This document shows positions 8,481 to 15,153 of a stretch of DNA of 64,000 nucleotides, in pieces. Where the stretch lies: contig CALJIC010000280.1 of assembly GCA_937974195.1 (NCBI GenBank), positions 70,112 to 134,111 of the forward strand, written 5' to 3'. The translations under genes were made by a program, and so were the position numbers. The DNA is from an uncultured Roseiflexaceae bacterium. GTDB lineage: Bacteria > Chloroflexota > Chloroflexia > Chloroflexales > Roseiflexaceae. The notes below the pieces were generated by a model. It made no database searches. It saw only the letters and a program-made list of their open reading frames with translations, and was not told the origin of the DNA. Position 1 is the first letter of the stretch; every line of letters starts with the position of its first letter.

Positions 8481-10517
8481 TCAGCGCCCCTCGATCGGGA
8501 GCGGGGTCTCGGTCAGCCTGGCTGCGATCCAGCGCAGGTCGTCGCTGCGCAGCGGGCGTGGCTCGCGCCAGCGCAGCCCTTCGCTGGCAGGTTCTGCCAG
8601 TACGCCGGCGGCGTCCAGCCAGGCCATGAGCGCGGGCGCGGCGCCGCGCCACCCCGGCGGAAGCAGGGCTGCTATCCGCCCGCGCGTCACCCCCGGCGGC
8701 GTCGCCTGCACGATCGTCTCTTCCGCGAGCATGCGCCGGACGACGTGTTCGACATCGGCGGGCGCCAGGCCGGCAGGCCCCGCTGGCCAGTGATCCTCGG
8801 TCGGGACCGATGAGGTATCCGCGTTGTCGGCGAGCGGCGCGAGCCCGTCGATCGCCCGCCCGAGCCGCGCCGCGAGGCTGCTGGCGTCGGAGCTGGCTGT
8901 TGGCACAGGCGATGTGTCATGTCCCGCCATGCCCCCTTGGAGATCAGGCACATCCCACAGCACCGGCGGCAGGTCGGTCGCCAGCCCCAGCGCCTCTACG
9001 GCCGCGCGCACCTCGCCCTCGTGCATCACGAGCGGCCGGCCCGCGAGCTGCGCCCCGTGCGCGATGAGCAGCGCCTCCCCCCGGCGCGGCCAGCCGGCGC
9101 GCCCATGCACCAGCCGCGCGTCGCCCTGGCCGCCCGATGTGAGCAGCGCGGGGAGGAGCGCGTACAGCTCGCGGCCCTCGGCGCTCACGTGCCGCTGCAG
9201 CACCACAAGGTGGAGCGGCACGACCGGGCGCTGGCGCAGCCGCCTGACGAGCGAGGCGAGCTCAGGCAGCAGGGCCTCGTTCGGCTCGACAGCTACGAGG
9301 AGCAGCGGGCGCACCCGCTCGCGCTGCCAGCCGTGCCGCAGCGCGCGACCGATGGACGCCAGCGCCTCGCGCGGCCCGCCCGGCGCGTGGACCAGATGGG
9401 GCGCACCGGCGTACAGCGGCGATATCTGGCCGCTATCGAGCACCGCCAGCGCGAGCGCGCGCGGCGAATGTGTGTACAGCAGGCGCACGAGCAGGGCGTG
9501 CAGCGCGCCGGCTGCGCCGCCGCCATAGATCCCGAGGTGCTGAGCTGGCCCGGTGTGATCCCATCCGAGCGGCAGATAGCGCGTGGTGCGCCCGCCGCGG
9601 CCGTGGCGCAGCAGCGGTGCGACCAGCGGCCCATCGGCGGCGATGTCGGCGCAGCCGGTCACGGCCACCGCGAGGATTCCCCTGCGCCACGATGCGCTCC
9701 AGCCAGGGCGCAGGCGTGTCAGGCGGCTGGGGAGCGAAAGAAGATCGCTTTCTTCGGCCGGGTTGGGGTCCACAAGCGCGCTCACGCGGCCGGCGCCCTC
9801 CTCGACGTCCAGGCCCAGCACGTGGCTGCGCAGGCCGAGCCGTCCCCACTCGGCAGACAGGGCCGCCGCTACTGTCTGGGCCACGTCCTGCGGTACGGCG
9901 TCGTCGACGCGGGGTGTCTCTGCGCTCTCCTGATGCGCGCACTGGGTGTCATCGGCCCGGTCGTGCATCTCGTCGCTGAGCAGATCCGCTGTGACAGGCT
10001 CGGGGTCCGGCACCGGCGGCAGGTCCAGCAGAAACGGCGCGTCGGGCGCGAGGTCGAGCTGGAGCGCCACCTGGCGCCGCTGTATGCGCAGCTGCGTGAG
10101 CCGCAGCCAGATCGGGCGCAGCCACGCGGACAACCGCGACAACCAGCCCTTCGAACCAGCGAACGGAGGCCGGCGAAGCGCGCGCCACAGGCGGCGATGG
10201 CGCCAGGGGCGTACAGCGGCAACGGCGAGCAGGGCCAGGAGCGCGATATACGCCGGAGCAGGAAGCGACGCGGCGTACCGGTAGCCGTCGGCGAGCGCGG
10301 GGCCCGCTGCGTGCAACAGGTGGCGCAGGTCCGCCGGCTGGGGTGCCTGGGCTGCCAGCCAGGATGCGAGTGCGGCAGCCGCCTCCGCCGGAGCTTCCAC
10401 GCGCATCGGCAGCACGTCAGCCTGCGGAAGGAGCGGGGCGAGCAGCACCAGCGCGCCCGCCAGCAGCATAATGGCGCCCAGAAGGAGAATTTCGATGCGG
10501 TGAGACGAGCCACCCAT
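8481..10517 (-). CDS. FtsK/SpoIIIE-like domain protein with a degenerate P-loop (putative pseudo-ATPase); N-terminal TM segments
   Basis: 678 aa with an AGGAGG RBS. The central segment ...HLGIYGGGAAGALHALLVRLLYT...LALAVLDSGQISPLYAGAPHLVHAPG follows the FtsK-domain pattern (P-loop, then liDpK..el..y..lPHL), but GGGAAGA replaces GxxGxGKS/T. The Walker-B-like segment LLLVAVEPNEAL lacks DE. Confidence 0.4.
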   Translation of the reverse strand: MGGSSHRIEILLLGAIMLLAGALVLLAPLLPQADVLPMRVEAPAEAAAALASWLAAQAPQPADLRHLLHAAGPALADGYRYAASLPAPAYIALLALLAVAAVRPWRHRRLWRALRRPPFAGSKGWLSRLSAWLRPIWLRLTQLRIQRRQVALQLDLAPDAPFLLDLPPVPDPEPVTADLLSDEMHDRADDTQCAHQESAETPRVDDAVPQDVAQTVAAALSAEWGRLGLRSHVLGLDVEEGAGRVSALVDPNPAEESDLLSLPSRLTRLRPGWSASWRRGILAVAVTGCADIAADGPLVAPLLRHGRGGRTTRYLPLGWDHTGPAQHLGIYGGGAAGALHALLVRLLYTHSPRALALAVLDSGQISPLYAGAPHLVHAPGGPREALASIGRALRHGWQRERVRPLLLVAVEPNEALLPELASLVRRLRQRPVVPLHLVVLQRHVSAEGRELYALLPALLTSGGQGDARLVHGRAGWPRRGEALLIAHGAQLAGRPLVMHEGEVRAAVEALGLATDLPPVLWDVPDLQGGMAGHDTSPVPTASSDASSLAARLGRAIDGLAPLADNADTSSVPTEDHWPAGPAGLAPADVEHVVRRMLAEETIVQATPPGVTRGRIAALLPPGWRGAAPALMAWLDAAGVLAEPASEGLRWREPRPLRSDDLRWIAARLTETPLPIEGR

Positions 10518-10528
10518 GGCGGAGCCTC

Positions 10529-11845
10529 CTACTCGTCGAGTGTTACCAGCCAGACCCCGCCCGCCCCGTGCAGCAGCAGCTCGCCGTCGTGCCAGATGCC
10601 GTGCAGGTCGGGCGTGAGCGCCACCGCCGGCACGCTGGCCTCGCCGATCAGCAGCCCGCGCTGGTAGCGCCCGATGACGAGCTCATCCTCGTGAGCGACG
10701 GCAACGCGCAGCCAGCCGCCCGGCCGGTAGTCGAGCGCGCGCGCGTCCAGCGGCCCGGCGTCCTCGGGGATCAGCGTGGCGAGCGACGCGGACCAGAGGC
10801 GCGAGACGTCGGCGGTGTCCGGCGCAACCCACAGCAGGCGCTCGGGCGCCCAGGTGAGCGGGACGAGCGCGCCGCGGTAGGCCGCTGCGTCCAGCTCGGC
10901 GACCGTCACCGCCGCAATGCTCGGTCGCAGACGCGCGAGGGTCAGCGCCAGCCGATCATCCGCCTGGCTGTGGATGACGACCGCGCTGCCGTCGGGGTGC
11001 CAGGCCAGCCGCCGGATAGCTCCGGGGACAGCGACGATCGGCGCGCGCTGCTGATTGGCGCCGACGAGGCTGATCTCTTCGCCGCCGGCGGGCGTTCGCT
11101 CGCCGACCAGCAGCGCCGAGCCGTCCGGCGCGAACTGCACGAGGGTGACGGTGCCGGAGATGGGGATCGTCACGTGCTCGTCCCCCCAGCCGCGCACCTC
11201 GAGGCTCCCGGCGGCGCGCTCGCGGCTGTCCTGGGCGGGCCGGTAGACCGCCTCGAGCAGGCGCCCTTCGAGGTGAAGCTGGTCGGCGAGCCCGCCGTAG
11301 GCGTCGATCGTCGTGAGGCGCTCGGCGCCTCGGAGTCCGAAGGCGACCGTCTGAACGGGCTGCGGCGTTGCCTGCGCATCCGCGGGCGTCGGTGTCACAG
11401 CCAGGTCGTCTAGCCTCGGGGAATTGAGCACCCGCCACGCGCCATCGCTGCGCCAGACCTGGGCGACCTCCATGTTCGGCGCGGAGGCTGGGAGCTGGCG
11501 CACCTGCGGCGTGGGCAGGCCGGACGGGAGGTCGAGCTGGAGCGTCTCGCCGCTGCGGAGCTCGACCTGCGCCCAGGCGCGCCGCCCGTCCGGAAGCTGC
11601 GCGCTGACGGTGTGCCGGCCGGCGTAGAGCTGGCGCGGCCACGGGCGCCCGTCCACCAGGATCGACGCCTCCGGCGCGGCGCGCACGACGAGCGTCGCTT
11701 CACCGCGCCACACGGGCGGGACGACTCCGGCGGCGAGCGCGGCGAGGCCCGCGAGCAGCAGCGTCGCGATCGCGATTCGCCAGCGCCAGCGGTAGACGAT
11801 GCGCGCCAGCAGCGCATCGAGGTTGATTCGGTAGTTCGCGACCAC
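10529..11845 (-). CDS. Membrane-anchored hypothetical protein with a beta-propeller/TolB-like C-terminal region
   Basis: 438 aa. GTG start with an AGGAGG RBS. N-terminal TM segment (RWRIAIATLLLAGLAALAAGVV), then repeated beta-strand-like segments with WHPDGS/APDGS motifs typical of WD40/TolB-like propellers. Confidence 0.4.
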   Translation of the reverse strand: MVANYRINLDALLARIVYRWRWRIAIATLLLAGLAALAAGVVPPVWRGEATLVVRAAPEASILVDGRPWPRQLYAGRHTVSAQLPDGRRAWAQVELRSGETLQLDLPSGLPTPQVRQLPASAPNMEVAQVWRSDGAWRVLNSPRLDDLAVTPTPADAQATPQPVQTVAFGLRGAERLTTIDAYGGLADQLHLEGRLLEAVYRPAQDSRERAAGSLEVRGWGDEHVTIPISGTVTLVQFAPDGSALLVGERTPAGGEEISLVGANQQRAPIVAVPGAIRRLAWHPDGSAVVIHSQADDRLALTLARLRPSIAAVTVAELDAAAYRGALVPLTWAPERLLWVAPDTADVSRLWSASLATLIPEDAGPLDARALDYRPGGWLRVAVAHEDELVIGRYQRGLLIGEASVPAVALTPDLHGIWHDGELLLHGAGGVWLVTLDE

Positions 11846-11858
11846 GGGACAGCACCTC

Positions 11859-13724
11859 CTACCGGTCGTGTCCGGTGATGATGCGGTGGATCGTCTCGGG
11901 CCACATCGGGATCAGCACCGGCGTGCGCTCGCCGTCGGCCAGAAGCAGCGCGCTCGCCCCGATACCCTTCACCAGCCGGCAGCCGGCGAGGTAGCGGGCC
12001 TCCTCGTCGTTCAGGCCGAGAAGGGCGGCGGCGCGCGCCACGGCTCTGGAGTCGCGGTTGAGCCCGAGCACCAGCTTCGTCCGCGCGTTCTCCAGCAGCA
12101 CGCGCGTCTGCTCGCTCTCGTCCAGGTCGTCGAGGCTCTGGGTGATCACCGTGGCCTTGAACTGCAGCGAGCGCCCGATGCGGAAGATGGTCTGGAGCGT
12201 CCGCGCGCCGGCCTCGGACTGAAGCAGGGCGTGCGCCTCGTCCAGCACCAGGTGGCTGCGGGGTGCGGCGCGGCGGTTGAGCGCCGTCGTCACGAAGAAG
12301 TCCATCACGATCACCGGGAGCAGCCGCTCGAGCACGTCGTCGCGCGCGCGCAGCAGCGACGAGAGGTCGATCGCGAGCAGCGGCGAGTCGGTTGGGATGT
12401 TCGAGGGGCGGCTGAACAGGTCCCCGACTGTGCCGCGCGTGAACAGGTCCAGCGCCTGGGCCAGCGCTCGCTCCTGCGCGCTTTCGGCGAGCGACGTGAG
12501 GCGCGCCTGGACGTCGCCGAAGGTCGGCATCGGCCGATCGAAGCTCTGCGGGTCGGGCGTGATCCCGTGCGCCTCGTAGGACTCGAACAGCGCGCGCTCG
12601 ATCAGCGCCATCCCGCTCGCGTCCACCGCGGTGCCCATCGCCCGCAGCTCGCGGGTGATCAGCGCCTTGACGAAGCCGACCCGCTGGCCCAGGAGGTCCT
12701 CCTCCAGCTCCGCGACCAGCTGCGCGCGCTCGGGCGTGAGGCGCGGCAGCTCAAGTGGGTTGATGTGGAACCCGGCGCGCCGCGACAGCGTGATGTACGT
12801 GCCGCCCAGCGCCGTCACCAGGTGGCGGTACTCCTGGTACTTCGGGTCCAGGATGAGCAGCGCCTCATCGCCGAGGGCGAGCTCCTGCGCCAGCAGCCCG
12901 CTCACCGCGTAGGTCTTGCCGCTGCCGGACTCGGCGACGACCAGCGCGTGGGGGTTGGTGGCCCGCCAGCGGTCCCAGAAGATCGGCCGGCCGTTCTGCG
13001 GGTGCTCGCCCCACACGATCGGCAGACCGTCTCGCCGGCTCAGCCCGGCCGGGGCGACCGGCATGCCCATCGCCGCGGCGCGCCCGCTGGTGTCGTGCGC
13101 CAGCCCGAGCTCTTCGCGGCCGAGCGGCAGCGCCCAGATGTAGCCCTCCCACTGGCGGAACGGCGGCACGCCCAGCTCGACCCCCTGGCGCGCCGCGGCG
13201 AGCCGGATCGCCTCCACGCGGGCGCGCAGCTCCTCGTGGGTCGGCGCCACCACGGTGATGGCGATGCTGTACTGGAAGAGGCGATCCGCGCCGCTCGCCA
13301 GGTCGCGGCGCAGAGCTGCGGCCGCCTCCATGCCCTGCTGCGCGTCCACGTCCAGGCTCACGCCGGCCTGAACGTCGCCCGCCAGCGTCCCGAGCCCGGC
13401 CTCCTCGCTGCTCGTCAGCAGCCGCCGCGCGAGAGCGTCGGGGATGGGCACGATGCGCTGGTGGACCGTGATGCCCGGCGTGTCGAGCCCGAGGTTGGCG
13501 TCGCTCAGCCAGGCGAGCGCGAGCGTCGGCGGGAAGCTGCGCACGTGCAGCGTCGTCATCCAGGACGCGCCGGCCTGCATCACGCCCGACCTGCGCCGGT
13601 CCACGCCGTCGGGCGCGATCAGATCGGCGACCCCGCTTGCGCCGGAGCGGAGCCGCTGTCCCGCCCCGTGCAGCACGCCGCGCCGCTCGATGACCGGTTT
13701 CTGGAGTGCATCTCGAAGGGTCAT
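11859..13724 (-). CDS. VirB4/TrbE/CagE-like conjugal-transfer-type ATPase (C-terminal ATPase region)
   Basis: 621 aa with a GAGGAGG RBS. Walker A is NPHALVVAESGSGKTYAVSGLL, followed by LILDPKYQEY. Walker B is HLVLDEAHALLQ, followed by KATVITQSLDDLDES. This is the VirB4-family motif order. Confidence 0.7.
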   Translation of the reverse strand: MTLRDALQKPVIERRGVLHGAGQRLRSGASGVADLIAPDGVDRRRSGVMQAGASWMTTLHVRSFPPTLALAWLSDANLGLDTPGITVHQRIVPIPDALARRLLTSSEEAGLGTLAGDVQAGVSLDVDAQQGMEAAAALRRDLASGADRLFQYSIAITVVAPTHEELRARVEAIRLAAARQGVELGVPPFRQWEGYIWALPLGREELGLAHDTSGRAAAMGMPVAPAGLSRRDGLPIVWGEHPQNGRPIFWDRWRATNPHALVVAESGSGKTYAVSGLLAQELALGDEALLILDPKYQEYRHLVTALGGTYITLSRRAGFHINPLELPRLTPERAQLVAELEEDLLGQRVGFVKALITRELRAMGTAVDASGMALIERALFESYEAHGITPDPQSFDRPMPTFGDVQARLTSLAESAQERALAQALDLFTRGTVGDLFSRPSNIPTDSPLLAIDLSSLLRARDDVLERLLPVIVMDFFVTTALNRRAAPRSHLVLDEAHALLQSEAGARTLQTIFRIGRSLQFKATVITQSLDDLDESEQTRVLLENARTKLVLGLNRDSRAVARAAALLGLNDEEARYLAGCRLVKGIGASALLLADGERTPVLIPMWPETIHRIITGHDR

Positions 13725-13753
13725 TTGGCCTCCTCACGTGCGGCTACAGCGCG

Positions 13754-14428
13754 CTACGCCCCCACGATCCGCCGCACCCGGTCGAGCAGCGCGCCGGCCA
13801 GCGGGTAGCGCTCACTGCGCACCGGGTCCGCCTGGCGGTACAGCAGCATCACGATCTCCTCGCGCTCCATGAGGCGCGGCGAGGGCGTGCCGCCGAGGAT
13901 CGACAGCGCCTCGACGAGGCGCCGGGCGCGCTCGATCGCCGCTGTTAGCGCCGGGCGCCCGGGAGTCTCAGCGCCGGCGCCCTTTCGACGCAGGTCACCG
14001 CGCAGCAGCGACGCGAGCGAGGGCGGCCCGGCGAGGCCGGCGGCGCCGCCCTCGGACGTGACCGCCCAGACCACCTGCTTCGAGCGGCTGCTCGTGTGCT
14101 GCTCGAGCGCGTGCAGGTAGTCGCAGATCTCGCCCAGCACCGCGGCGTGCAGCCGCCGGCCCTCCGCGAGCGCTCGCTCCTGGCGGACGAGCAGCTCCGC
14201 GACCTCGTCAGCCACGTCGTGCGGCTGGTCGAAGACGTAGATGTCGAGCGGCGCGTCGAGCGCCAGCAGCAGGCGGTGGTAGTCGGCGGCGGCGTGTGCG
14301 CGAGCCTGTCGCGGCGCCAGCTCCCACTGCGGCGCGCCGCCCACCACAAGCCCAACCCCGACGCCGTCGGAACGGAGCAGCCCGCCGCGCACGACCTGGA
14401 TGGCGAACAGCGCGCGTAGCTCGTTCAT
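13754..14428 (-). CDS. Hypothetical protein; possible detached N-terminal partner of the VirB4-like ATPase
   Basis: 224 aa with a GGAGG RBS. It lies immediately upstream of the VirB4-like gene, and its stop overlaps the next upstream gene's start region. The combined length (224 + 621 aa) approaches a canonical VirB4. No motif recognised. Confidence 0.35.
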   Translation of the reverse strand: MNELRALFAIQVVRGGLLRSDGVGVGLVVGGAPQWELAPRQARAHAAADYHRLLLALDAPLDIYVFDQPHDVADEVAELLVRQERALAEGRRLHAAVLGEICDYLHALEQHTSSRSKQVVWAVTSEGGAAGLAGPPSLASLLRGDLRRKGAGAETPGRPALTAAIERARRLVEALSILGGTPSPRLMEREEIVMLLYRQADPVRSERYPLAGALLDRVRRIVGA

Positions 14429-14817
14429 GGCGTGCCTCCGGGCTCATGCTGCCAGCGCGGGCGGCGCGGCAGCGCGTGGGTGGCGGTCTCCGGCGGAAGC
14501 GTGATCTCGGGCCGCTCGAGCTCGAGCTGCCCTGGCCGCGACAGGTGCGCCGCGACCAGCCGGACGAACGCCCAGGTGGAGTAGCCCCACCAGCTTCCCT
14601 CGAGCAGCACTATGCCGACGCCGGCGACCAGGCTGAGCCACTGGGCGACGGCGATCAGGTCCGCCCCGCGCGCCACCGCGATTCCGCCGACCAGCACGCA
14701 GCCCATGACGAGGACGAACGAGCGCGCTGGGAGGCGGGTGTTGGCCATCTGCAGCGAGGCGCGGACGCGCAGGCGACGCGGGGCGCGGACGGCGAGATAC
14801 TCGTCGTACATGGTCAC
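14425..14817 (-). CDS. Small two-TM membrane protein (VirB3/TcpE-like candidate)
   Basis: 130 aa with two hydrophobic helices (FVLVMGCVLVGGIAV and LSLVAGVGIVLL). The GTG start overlaps the upstream stop (GTGA). Its position directly upstream of the VirB4-like gene matches VirB3-VirB4 synteny. The assignment rests on context only. Confidence 0.35.
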   Translation of the reverse strand: MTMYDEYLAVRAPRRLRVRASLQMANTRLPARSFVLVMGCVLVGGIAVARGADLIAVAQWLSLVAGVGIVLLEGSWWGYSTWAFVRLVAAHLSRPGQLELERPEITLPPETATHALPRRPRWQHEPGGTP

Positions 14818-15086
14818 TTGATCAGCTCGGCCGCTTTGCTGGCGATGGTCGGCGCCTGCCCGGCGAGCGCCAGCAGAATGACGAACACCGCCAGGTCGAT
14901 CCCCGCCGAGCGCAGGTCGCGCGGGCTTGAGAAGAGGTGCTTCGCCATATCGATCAGCAGGAAGAAGCCGCCGCCGACCGTGATGACGCGCAGGAGCCAG
15001 GTGGTGAGCTCGGCGAAGAAGCCGTCCATCGAGGGGAGCGCGCCTGCCAGCGAGGAGAGCTCGGCAAGTGTGTGGATCGCGAACAT
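14814..15086 (-). CDS. Small hydrophobic protein, pilin-like (VirB2/TrbC-like candidate)
   Basis: 90 aa from the internal Met (MFAIHTLAELSS...), which has an excellent RBS (AGGAGG, 8 nt from the ATG). Two hydrophobic segments flank a charged loop. No Flp GxxxxEY motif. Confidence 0.35.
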   Translation of the reverse strand: MFAIHTLAELSSLAGALPSMDGFFAELTTWLLRVITVGGGFFLLIDMAKHLFSSPRDLRSAGIDLAVFVILLALAGQAPTIASKAAELIK

Positions 15087-15153
15087 GGTTGGTGCCTCCT
15101 GTGTTGTGCGATGTACTGCGAGAACGAGCCGAAGGCCAGTGTCTGAATGAGCG

